Below, one piece after another: positions 1 to 11,937 of a DNA stretch of 64,000 bases. Numbering within the stretch: position 1 is the stretch's first letter; every line of letters starts with the position of its first letter. The DNA is from Lobosporangium transversale (Eukaryota). The stretch covers positions 62,001 through 126,000 of the forward strand of contig NW_019029023.1 of the NCBI RefSeq assembly GCF_002105155.1, written 5' to 3'. Position numbers and translations under genes: made by a program. The notes beneath the pieces are model-generated. The model did no database searches and was not told the DNA's origin. It saw only the letters and a program-made list of their open reading frames with translations.

Positions 1-984
1 TGATGACGAACTTGTGTGTATATGTGTGGAAAAGCCATAAGCCACCTTATGCACTCATGCGATATGTTCTACACATTTTTTTTTTTTTTTTTTTACCACC
101 AGTTTATTTTCATTGCATCATATTCTACCCTCTTTTTTTTTTTTTTTGTTTCTTTTTTTTCTGTGTAAATATTTTATTTCTTTTTTTTTTCTTCTCCTTT
201 TTTTTTCCGTATTTCTACCTGTAGTTTTATGCCATATACATCATCCTGCTTTGTGTTTTGCCTCACTAGCATGAAAGAGAAAATGAGAAAAGAGGCCCTG
301 CGCCCTCTTTTCAGGCACACGTTTTGTTCTTTTTGTATTACGATGTTTAGTTTATCAGTGTTGCAAATAAATAAATAAATAAATAAATTAAAATATACAC
401 ATACATATATATAATGATATATAATAGAGTATAATATGTAACATATCCAATCCAATTCTTGAATTGACGCAATTAAAAACTGGGGCATATTTACAATTTT
501 TTTGTCAGAGAAAACCAACAGAGGTTGGTCAATGACTAGTTTGTGATAAGGTAAACAATGCGGACTAAATATTAGCAACACTTGTTTGGATTCGAAAGGT
601 GCGGACGAAAATCTCTTGTGGGTTCCACCGCCCTGAATTTTTTATTTCTTCTCTGCGGCCTTTTTTTTTTTTTTTTTTTTTTCCCTCCGTTTCTTCTGTA
701 CCAATAGTAATTAGTGAAGGGTAAACTCAAAGAATATGTAATTATCACCATCATCATCACCATCATAGTCATAACAGGAAAAAAAAAAAAAAAACACACA
801 GGAGGCGTCATCAGGGATGATTTTTTCAAATATCATTGCCTAATATTTTGACTTTGGAAACTAAGAAAAAGCTAAAAGTTAAGCTAGAGCCACGTTAACG
901 AAAAAGGAAATTAGGATGCATTTGTAAAAGGAAAATAAAAACATTGTTATCGTGATATCGTGATATCGTTACATATGTTATATA

Positions 985-1044
985 CATACTAACTTTCATA
1001 CTAGCTTTCATACTAGCTTTCATACTAGCTTTCATACTAGCTTT
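985..1044. repeat. 12-bp tandem minisatellite, 5 copies
   Basis: CATACTAACTTT followed by four exact CATACTAGCTTT units with no spacers. Confidence 0.95.
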
Positions 1045-3009
1045 AGTGCGGTCATGATGATGGTTCCTGAACCGGGTGTTTTGTTATTTTATAATATTTT
1101 ATATTATTTTATTTTTTCAAACTATTACAGAGTATCGAACATTTATGCAAAAAAAACCATTTTGGCCGAACAGCAGAATCTGGTAAAGCTTATCTTAGTC
1201 TACATCGAGGAAAAAAAAAAAAAACAATTATGCGTTCTAAAAAGTATTGTATATACGTATATATATTATATATATATGCACCTTTTAAAAGCAATGTCTT
1301 CAACTATACTTTCCCTCTCTCTTTTTTTTTTTTTTTTTAATTTTTTTTTTTTCTTCTTGAAAGAAAAGGGTTGTTTTCTAGTAAAAGTGATATCGCATCT
1401 TCGTCGATAATCGAAAAATAAACATTTTTCTTGCTTTTCTTTTGCTGGGTATAGGCATAATGACGCGATATGCTTGTCATCTTTCTCCCTCCCGTGAGTT
1501 TATGCAATGCAAGAGATATTATATATAACATTATACTATATATATTATATTGTATTGTATTATATATTTTATTACTCTATGTGTATATGTCATGTTATTT
1601 ATCATTAGATCACCATTTTATACATTATACAGATACTCTTTAAAGACTGAATTGATCGGTCGGTGGCTGATTTCTGTGACGAGCTTTGTAACTGTTACTG
1701 AGCTGCACACTTTATGATATCCTCCGGAGGTCTTTTAGGCTCATAATCATGAAATCAAATCAAAGCAAATAAAATTTCACCTCGTTTTATTTCGTTATCA
1801 TATAAATATATATATATACATACAGAGAGAGAAAGAGAGAATGAGAGAGAGAGAGAAAGAGAGAGAGAATGAGAGAGAGAAAGAGAGATTGAAAGAAAGA
1901 AAGAAGACTTTCATATGCAACACTGCCGTTGTTGTCTTTATTTTCTTTCTCTCTCGGTTCACAAATAGTGGTATACAATGTTGTGTTGTATTGTTGGTTT
2001 CCAAAAGGATGAAGGCACAAGAACTTTTTTTTTTTTTTTTTTTTTTGCTGCATACATCTTTTCATTCTACGCCAGTCTGTGTTTTCTGCAGAAGAGCCCA
2101 TTTTGCGTTTTCGCGCAACAATATCACGTGCCTTCTTTTTCTTCACTTTACTCGACTTCACTTTACTTCACTCCCACTTCTTAGAGGTGGATGTCAAACT
2201 TTATCTTCAGAGCTTCCTAGTCATTTTGAATAATGCATCATGGAGCATTTAATGATTTACTTCTTTGGCTTGACAAATACAGTGAACCTAGTCTTTTGGA
2301 TTATTCTCTCGCCCTGCCCCCCTTCCTGTCCCCCCCCTCCCCCTCCTGCCCTATGGATTAGACCAAAACACCAATTCATGCTTTTCTAAACGGATCAGAA
2401 GAGAGAAGATGCCACCAAGGTTACAGTTGGGATCCTATTGCGAGGAAAAACAACCTGTCTGGTTTAATTACAGCATATTTCCTGATACCTTTTCCCCCAA
2501 ACTCTTTCCACAGACAGCGCAGTAATTGAAAAGGGTGAGCCAGGATCGCCATTATTGTATATTTAACAACGTTTTCCTATGATAATGCTGGCTTCTTTAG
2601 AAAGGTACCAAGGACAATAATGGTAATAAATAACAATGGTTGGAAAGGTTACGCGTCCAAACAACTTTTAGTCGAGATTAACAAAGTAACACAGGCGTTA
2701 TTTCCCAGGAAGCAAAACCGTTATTTTTGTTATCATTATTATATTATTATTTACATTATTATCTTTGTTATTGTTTTGCTCTGCTGACTATTTCCCCCCT
2801 TACTGTTGTCTCACAGCGCGCATCATTTCCTTGTCTGACCATCTCAACCAAGAGGAACAATCTTCTACTCATTTTTTTTTTTTTTTTTTTTACATTCAAT
2901 TAAAAAATAAACTTCACATCACCCTCCTCCTCATCAGAAGAACAGTTAGTAGAGAAACAGGAGTAACAGAGCGACAAGTGGACAGGCAGCCCAGCTCTCA
3001 TCGACAAAG

Positions 3010-3042
<33 letters not shown>

Positions 3043-3103
3043 AGAGCAAAAGTCACATTCAACTAAAAAAAAGCCAGGCACAAAAAGGGAACTTGTCAGG
3101 GAC

Positions 3104-4556
3104 ATGGAAAACCTCTTCGTTAGCGTCAGCAACAAGCCTTTAGGTAGTGATGGTAATAACGATACTGCTCAGCCGTATCAGGCGCCCTATTACGGAACCT
3201 CAAGGACAGACCTATCTAATCCAACCCCAAGAAGCGACACTTTGGTTACGTCACCCATAAGCTATCACGATCAACAACATCAGGAGAACGAGAACGAGAA
3301 AGAGCAGCAACAGCAAAGCATACCATCAATCGCAACAACATCACCAACAGCATCAACAGGAGCCCCACGCAGTGGTCATCTAAACTATAATAGTTTCCAA
3401 TTTCATTACAATCCCTTTGGAACCCTAGGAGAAGGAGAGGCTACAGACACCTATCCACCTCCACGTGCACCATCACCATCCTCAGCTTCTCAGCCACCCA
3501 CTAATGCTAGCGAAGATAACGATGGAGCTAATACGACTTATCATTCCCCGACCAAATCCGCAGTATCAATCTCTGCAGCAAGAGAGACACTTCGTTCGCA
3601 ACAGAGATATCAAAAGCAAAGAGATGAGCAGTTCATGAGCCTGAGACCAAGCTATTCATCCAACTCAATAACCTCCGATGTCTGGACACAAACGGCAACC
3701 GCATCAACATCAACAACGCCAATATGCGATAGTACTATAGAGCCTTTGAAAGGTCCATACAATGAAACAGTCTCCACTTCTGCAGCCCCAGCATCTACAC
3801 CAATTGGACCCACTGTTTTTATACAAGACTCGACCTTATTAGAAAAGGCCCTTCCATCGTTACCAACTACTCCTGGACTGACACCACCTCCTCTAGCTCC
3901 TAGACCCGCCACTTCACTATACACAACTCTGGATCGAAATTCATATTTAGTAGGACAAATTGACGCCGTCCCTCCTGCTTCACCCCATAATGGTCTCACC
4001 CGAGAGACTGAACCCTACAACCCGACCATGACCACCACCACCACACCAACAATAAACAGAGGCAGAGCAGCGAGCATCCAATTCGGTGAGAGTCCAAAGC
4101 GAGAAGGACACCAAACCCAGGGGACCCTCTCGCCTCCATCCTCACCATCTTATCAATCAGGCACCTCTTTAACCAGAGCAAGAACTGTCTCTTCTGCTAA
4201 TACAGCCCTGAATGCTAATTTCTTCAGTCATCATGTTCCAAAGGCCCCACGTAAGAATGCGGCTTTAGCTGCCGCAATGGCCGCTGCAACTGGAGCTCCA
4301 TTGCCACCACCTGAATCTAGCCATATTGCAGACGGACCAGGACCTGTTGTCTTGGTGGCCATTGGCAAGACTGGACAAGGTATTTATTTTATCTTATTTT
4401 ATTTTATTTTTATTTTTATTTTTATTTTTATTTTTATTTTTATTTTTTTATTTTTTTATTTTTTTATTTTTTTATTTTTTTTTTAAAAAAAAAAAGAAAA
4501 AAAAGAAGAGTTTATTTATTTATTTATCTTTTTTTGACTTGGTTCTTGATAACTAA

Positions 4557-4596
<40 letters not shown>

Positions 4597-4982
4597 TACA
4601 TATTTGTTTATTGACTAGGGAAATCATCCTTATTGAACCGAATCATGGGCACAAATGAACTAAAAGCGAGTGCATCTGTTCGAGCAGTAACCAAAGGAAT
4701 TGCTGAGCGTTCAGGTTGGGCTCGTTTTGAGGACAATCGTCGATTCTTGGTGACTGTGGCGGATACACCAGGTCTAGCCGATACAGAAGGAGACGATGAG
4801 AAGAACATACCCATTTTGAAGGATTATATCCACTCAATCGGCTCCCGTCTTGGAGTCTCCGCATTCTTGTTGGTCTTTAAGATTAACTCGAGGTAAAGAA
4901 AAAAAAAAAAAAAAAAAAAAAAGAAATAGTGGTAAGGCTAAAGGATATTGACGCACAGACTGGTTCTTAATCTTTATCATCA

Positions 4983-5024
<42 letters not shown>

Positions 5025-5642
5025 AAATCATTTAGTGTGGATATCATCATGACCATCCTCAAGACTTTTAACGATATCATGCAGGAGTTCCCCTATGTCT
5101 GGGAGAACGTGATTCTTGTCTTTACCGGTTGTGACTTTAAGCGAGATCGAGAGATTCTAGAGGCAAAGCAACTGATGACCACAGTTCTCCAGCAACAGAT
5201 CCGAGAGCATATCCTTAAAAAGCTTCCTAACCGCCCAGCCGCGGTCAATGGGAGCTCTACTAATAAATCTACAGGAGGATCCACATCACGCTCCACCACT
5301 ATGGCTTCCTTTAACTCTTCTTCTTCCACTTCTTCTTCTTCTTCTTCCCCATCTGTATCAACGTCCAATAGTTTCACAAAGCCACGTTCTGCAACCACTT
5401 ATTCCCCCTCTCTCTCTCCCGTATCCGATTTTGATGATGATACAGTACCATCAATACCGATGGTCTTCTTAACAACGGCTGAAAACATCTGTTCCTTTGC
5501 GTTGGGGGCCGGAAAATGTGATTGCGATAAGCACTCGGATTATCTCAAAGTGACTATGAAGCGTCTTTGGAATGAGGTCCGAAAGACAAAACGGTGGGTG
5601 ATCCATGGCGATAATGAAGACGATTTTATCAACCATTCTTAA
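3104..5642 (+). CDS. AIG1/GIMAP-like P-loop GTPase with long disordered N-terminus (3 exons: 3104-4379, 4619-4892, 5036-5642)
   Basis: Splicing GT-AG introns 4380-4618 and 4893-5035 joins VVLVAIGKTGQG|KSSLLN (G1), RAVTK (G2 Thr), VADTPG (G3), AFLLVF and VILVFTGCD (G4-like). This motif order is typical of AIG1-family GTPases. About 420 aa of S/T/P-rich sequence precedes the domain. Confidence 0.75.
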
Positions 5643-5659
5643 CAACCTTTGGAATAAGC

Positions 5660-6210
5660 ACGATAGTAATAGTAGTAATATTAATAATAAATAAGTATAG
5701 ATTTTTACTTTATTATCACTTATTATTCTTTATCTTTAAATTTCATTAATATTGTTACTTAGTTATTATCTATTTTATTTATATTTCTTAATATTACTTA
5801 TTTTATTTTATTTCTATTGTCATTATTACTTATTCTATTTTTATTCTTATTTTTATTCTTTTTTTTATTCTTTTTTTTATTCCTATTTTTATTTTTATTT
5901 TTCTTTCTTATTTATTTTTCTATATTATTATTTTTATTTTTTATTTTTCTTGATTTTATTTTTATTTTTATTATTATTTTTACTTGTTTCTTATTTTATT
6001 TTACTTTATTTACTTTTATTATATTTAGTTTCTTTTCTTTCCTTTTATTTATTTATTTTCTTTAATTTTATCTTCTGTCTATTCTACCTCTACCTATTTC
6101 TATCTTTTTTTCTTATCTATTAATTTTTAAATTTTATTCCACATTTATTTTTCTTTCATTTATTTATTGTTTCTTTTATTATTATTATTATTACATTATT
6201 ATATTAATTT
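5660..6210. repeat. Extremely T-rich low-complexity tract between two convergent genes
   Basis: Degenerate TTA/TTTA/TTTTA repeats. The ORFs called here are F/L/Y/I artefacts. Confidence 0.85.
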
Positions 6211-6212
6211 TG

Positions 6213-6466
6213 TTACGAAAGAATCGTAAGCTTTGCCAGGCGAGTGACTTTACTCCGGATACTTCGGACAAGGACCATCATCTTTGGCGCTTTGGCACCC
6301 TTCTGCAATCCCTGTCGTTGTCGTGTTTCAGCCTCGATGACATGTGCCAGGCCAGTAGCAGAGCAACATGCAATACCGTAGCTCTTTCCCTCGCTATAGC
6401 AATATTGACCTGTTGTCACATAGCCCAGAAGTGTCTCTGGTGGCGGTATTGCCATTTCCTACCAAA

Positions 6467-6505
<39 letters not shown>

Positions 6506-8612
6506 GAGTAATAAACATGCGGAGAAAATAAATATAAAGTTAAAATGTGTCCGAGGTCATAGAATAATCCACAAACTTTTTTCAAAAAAAAAAAAAAAAA
6601 AAAAAAGCTACAACGTTACCAGATCTGTCACATCTTTATCTTCCTCGTCGCCATCCTCGTCTTCTTCGCTATCAGAGTCCATCCATGAATTAATCTCCTT
6701 CTTTTCTTTACGAGGTCGGCCCTCGACAGTTCTCTTGCCTTTGAGTTGTACATAAGTGGCCCATTCTTGGTAATGCTTTTCAGGGATGGCATATATCATT
6801 CCATTCATACCAATGGTACCTCTGCCCAAGAAATCCACCCCCACTCGAACTAACGCGTCCTCGATTCGTGGAAGAGACCCTTTCATTCCTTGTAAGCAAG
6901 GGCTACTGAGGATGCCCTGAAGAGACTCAGTGATAACAGATTGATTTAATGTTTCGATCGTCAATTCCCTAGAGTTAGCCACATCTTCCCCATTTGAAGC
7001 TGATGCGCGAGATGTTTCTGTCAATGCTGTGATCAACTTTGGCGTTTGTAGTAACCAAATCTTTTGTTGTTGCTGGTTCTGTTTATCCTCAGTGCGATCA
7101 TCAACCCCATCACCGCCGTCTTTGCTTCCCTGTAACATGGTAACACCAGCCTTCAATGCCTTGGGCCAAACTGCCCCAAATGGATCTTGCACACCTATTT
7201 TCGAATAATTGATCCTCTTGGCTATAGGCTTACGACTATATTTAGCCTCGGCCTCCTTTTTAAACTCTTCTGCATAGACCGAATATGCTGTTGTACTAGG
7301 GAAATCATATGGGAAACAAGACTGCCTGGTCTCAAAATGAAAGCTCCTTCGTTCTCGTGTCCCTCCAGGCCGAGCGCCCGCAAAGATAAAACTCTTCCAA
7401 AATGGCATACCCCACCCCTTTGGTAGGATTAATGTCCAGCCACATTCAAACTCACTGCTTCCACCCCCAGGAGCGCGCCGGGTATGTGGTTTCCCTTCCC
7501 GTTGCATTAGAAGAATAGGGATCCGTGGGTCGGATTCTGTAGCTGCGAGTTTAGTTCCAGGAACCAAAAGTTGAGCACGTCGTTCATTTAGTTTTGCTTC
7601 GGGCGTCAAGGAATTCAAGAGCCGGTCCCGTTCTTTATCTTCCCATAACATCGAATGTGCTACATTGGAAGGCCAGGTTGTAACAAGATTTTGAAGGTTT
7701 TTATATTTGGATATGGGTATAGGTGAAGTAGGTCTGGGTGCAGTTTTGTGCGGAAATCTATGAAATCAAAAATATGAAACACGATGAGTTCCCTCCAATT
7801 TTTTTTTTTTTTTTTTTTTTTTCAACCTGGTTGTCAACATTGAATTTTTTTTTTTTTTTTTTTTTTTTTTTCATTACGTTAACCGTGGATCATCTACCAA
7901 TAATCCGAGTACAACTCCAGGAGGGAGGGAAGATGATGTCCTCAATGTCGATAAAACGTCCCAGGCTTTGTGCGCTTCCTCGTAATTATTAGTCGTAATA
8001 ATCTGTGACTGCGGTAGAGTTGGCTTTAGAACCGCTTGTAACAGAGCTGTAGATCTAGGACCTGTAAAATCAAACATCACCAGTGAATTTTCTAAATCCT
8101 TCATCTGCACATGGTCTTTGGAAGACTTATTTCCGCTGTCATTGCTATTGACTTTCGAAATCGCTTCCTGAATCTTGGCTTTTGCGTCCTCAAATGCTGA
8201 AGGATGAATCCAGATCCAAAGCTGGCCCTGTTTTGAAAGCTCCCCCTCGTTGATATCAATATCCATATGACTGATACTATCATCAGTAGCTTGAGAGCCA
8301 CTAGGACTCTGTCTCCAAAGAAATGTCGCGGGAGCAATCATCTTTTGTGGAAAGCTGTCAAATTCATAGAGGTAGGCCGTAAACTGTCTTTTCCCAGTCA
8401 CATAACGAAGACTTCCTACAGAAGGTGTCGTTGGATCCAGCATATGGGCAAATACATCTGAAATCGCCTTCTTTATTCCTGTAATTTCCAGACATCCATA
8501 ATACGATGAGTCTTGCAGGATACATTGGTGGTGACTAGACTTGTAGGCTGATCGGATTCCATGCTCATTCGAATGTTCAGCCTTGTATAATAATAAATAT
8601 TTATAAAGTAAA

Positions 8613-8660
<48 letters not shown>

Positions 8661-9244
8661 AGAGAAGAGAAAAGCGATTAATGGCTAGCCTTGCTCCTTC
8701 TCTCATACACAAAATATAAATTTCAAACATTTTGATCATCTCTCCTTCGTTCTTGAGCTTACTAGTTTGTATCCCCAGATATCGACCATTTTCATTCTCT
8801 TTGCATGCCATATATGTGTTTCCAACCAGCGCTTAGTCCCCTGCCGTCTGAGATACTCCTGTGAAATGGTCCCAGGACGCCGCTTCTTATGCCTGTTATC
8901 GGGTTTCTTGCCCTTCTTGACAGGATCGAATTCTACCTAAAAAGTCAAGATAAAAAAAAAAAAAAAAAAAAAATCATTGGTTGAGCAAAAAAGAATACTC
9001 ATAAAAAAAAATGTTTGATTCTTTGGTTGCTCAGTTGGTTTGATTTGCCTTTTGGTTTTCTAACCTCTCTCATTGCACGTTCCCGGAGACGGACAGGAAG
9101 CCGCTTGACATTATGGCTTGCAGCACGGCGCCGGAGATTGCGGGGTAAACTCTGGAATGCTCTTTGAACTGCTGAGTTCTTTGAACTTTCCATTGCTGTG
9201 TGCATCGCGTTGATTTCAAATGCGCGGGCCTATTATTCAAGGGC

Positions 9245-9277
<33 letters not shown>

Positions 9278-9784
9278 AGAATTGACTTTCGGAAAAGAGA
9301 TAGTATAATTCATTTATACGTAAAAATTGATTTACCTCTGTAAAACTGACAACATCTATAGTTCTAATGGTCTTTACAGAGCCTATGAGTTTAATAATCA
9401 TGAAGGACATAAACAGATGAATCAAATTTGGGACTGACAACCAGCCAAGCAACCAACCAGATCAATCTCACTTTTAGTTTTTATCTCATTTTAGAGGTGG
9501 GGGAGATCAATCACATACCTGGCGTAGATGATGATGCGCCTGATCCATGATATGAAGGAGAGAGTGGAGCAGAATTTTGAGTTTGTATAGAACGTGCCTG
9601 TTGCATTCGGGCTAAATATACATATATATATATATATAGAAGTAAACCCCAGTCAGCAGAATTTTTTTTTTCTTTCATTGCATTTGCATGGAACACATGT
9701 TCATGAATGAATCTTCATACCTCGCTTCTTGTCCTTTCCCGAATTATCAGGAGGTCCAGGCCGCTTGTTGTTACCCTTGTCCAT
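6213..9784 (-). CDS. POP1: RNase P/MRP protein subunit Pop1 (multi-exon)
   Basis: Hallmark motifs [22 protein letters not shown] (~9100-9170), [14 protein letters not shown]...WGYKL (~8765-8830), [15 protein letters not shown] and FPYDFP (POPLD region), and C-terminal [10 protein letters not shown]. The start ATG at 9784 ([10 protein letters not shown]...) and the first small exons are inferred from GT-AG sites and are less certain. Confidence 0.93.
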
Positions 9785-10149
9785 TGATAAAAGGAGAGTG
9801 ATATCAGAGGGGAATAAGGGAAAAGCTTGAAATAAATAATGCTTCGAGCTGTGGCTTTGAATCGTAGGAAGCAAAAGCAGTCGCGGTCTGTTAGGTTGGT
9901 GATGAGCCTAGGAATTTCTAGGTTGTAAGGGTTCAAAGTCGCCCCGGTTAATAGTTAATTCATGACTTTTTAAAAAGAGTACAATATTGTAATTTAATCA
10001 AGCCCTCCATTGTATTCATATAGCTCCATCATTGAAGAAACCTTCCCAATTCTTCCCCACTTTCCTCATGTATTATATATGATAGCTTGTGATTTCCTTA
10101 TTTATTCCAACTATATGAACAACAAGAACCTCATTCAAGATAGAGTTGG

Positions 10150-11690
10150 CGAAGTTCTGTTGGTTCCTGAAGTTCCAGTTGCTATGAGATGAGTACGGGA
10201 TTGGAAGTTGTATGAAAATATTCCGCATGTTCCACGATAGCGATTCCCATTGCTCATCCAGGCTTGATTTGAGAGCAGTGGATGTTCTACATTTGGAATT
10301 AAATGAAAGTCATAACCACAGGCAAAGAGGATATCTTTTGCATACTTTAACTTGGTATACTATGATTGGTATAGTCTATGCAGTATGGCGCCAGTGTTCC
10401 TCCTTTCTTGATCTTTCCCGAGGGGATACGAGTCGTTCTGCATTGCCATCTTCAACTCTGGGTCATCCTTCAAGACTCGCAGATTCTGAAAGACCTTCAT
10501 CTCTTTTGGGTCACTATAAGTCTTTACCCATTCAGGCGTAAGGATAAATGGGTCCTCAATGTCATAGGCGTCCATAATCCCGAATTCCTGCACTGCAATG
10601 CTCCTCAGTAGAAAGGCCTGACTTTGTCTCCAATCGTAGTAATTCTTCGCAATCAATTACCTTGGCCTTTGGTAGCCCTGCGTACTTGGCCTGAAGTAGG
10701 GCGGCTGCCCTCTGTTTCAGGGATTCAGAAACCTTGGGATCCTTGGGCTGGTCAGGTAGTCTGACAACTCTGCAGCCAACCTGAACCATTTGAACAATGA
10801 AACGCTGAAGAAAACCATTCATTGATAAATGCTTCTTTATCAATGCATTGATGAATATTGTGTAGTAAATATCACCAACATCATGCTTCACTCCAGGATA
10901 TTGCCCTACCCGCAGGTTAAACGGAAAGCCATTCGTATCCAGAGCGCATTCCTTGATTTGAACCTCTTACTTGCAAAAATACTTGACTATTTCGTCGTGT
11001 GCTGTTGGAAAGTTGTTTGTTGAATTGCTGATATAGACAAGGTATTCCTTTTGCTGGACGTACCGTACTCTTCTAAGCATAGCCTACATGTCTCTACACT
11101 GACTTTACTTTGTGACATGAAAGCCCCACAACGTAATCAAAGTGTTGCATATTGCAATCAAACCCAACTATGATGGTTAGAGTGTGGATAAAGTAGTCGA
11201 GAGTTGGCGCGATTTCGTCAATATTCTGTGCAAATGACCTCTCTAACTCCAGGGAATTCGCAGTGATACACATCCCAATGAATCCCATATCCTTCAATTC
11301 AGTATGTAAACTTTCGGTATCTTCAGCCTTCTGTGTGATACATATCCACACCTTCTTTCCAGACTTGACTAAGTTAATAACCTTTAACTTCAGATAGGCC
11401 TCATTCTCGTAAAAAGAGACGCGGTGTCCTTGCTGTGGCTTGAATATATTATAGATAACGTGAGCATCATCTTGAAGCTCCTTGATGACCTGAACATCTC
11501 GGTCTGTCAGTTCAGCATCCAAGGCAATCACCTTCTTGGATGCCTTAATGAAGTCTCGTAATATATCATTATTAGCGTTGTGAAAACCTCTCATGGCGGT
11601 AACACTTGTCATCTGACCAAAGATAGATGACACGTCATCCAGAATCAGAACCACATCCATGGTGTAGTATGCAAGATCCAGTTTATATAT
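10150..11690 (-). pseudogene. Disrupted replication origin-binding protein-like SF2 helicase (herpes UL9 / NCLDV-like); 5'-truncated, with frameshifts and stops
   Basis: VLILDDVSSIFGQM (motif II, DE>DD), KKVIALDAEL (motif III), GKKVWI (motif IV), DYFIHTLTIIVGFD..QHFDYV (motif V), and after frameshifts VETCR/MLRRVR (motif VI-like), then C-terminal LTPEWVKTY..FQNL. Walker A is missing and there is an in-frame TAA near 10968. The left boundary is approximate. Confidence 0.65.
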
Positions 11691-11937
11691 GCCTTTTTTT
11701 ATTCAACGAGATTTTGGAATAATAATAAACGATCCCTTATACAGTAATAAAGAAGAGCTGTGATTGCGCACTTCTAACAAATATTGCAAATACAATATGC
11801 CCTAGCAGCATTACATTTTTAAAAAAAGCATTGAGGTAAAGCTGAAGTTTTTGTGCAAAGAATTATTTATCGATTCGTTACATACTCTTTTTATTTTGCG
11901 AATGAGTTTATTTAGCTAGACAACTGTTCATTTGTTT

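Noticed and set aside
985..1044. Regular direct repeats as a possible CRISPR or telomeric array
   Set aside because: 12-bp units with no spacers in a eukaryotic context and no telomere-like motif. It is a simple minisatellite.
1..2760. Many short ORFs rich in poly-F/poly-K/ER repeats
   Set aside because: They are translations of homopolymers and microsatellites, with no motif or coherent splice structure.
5752..6123. Hydrophobic 123-aa ORF resembling a membrane or mitochondrial protein (NUMT)
   Set aside because: It comes purely from T-rich low-complexity sequence and has no recognisable family motif.
9907..9922. CCTAGGAATTTCTAGG palindrome as a Helitron-like or TIR end of the accessory island
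   Set aside because: It is short, lies in the POP1 upstream region, and I found no matching partner at the other side of the island.
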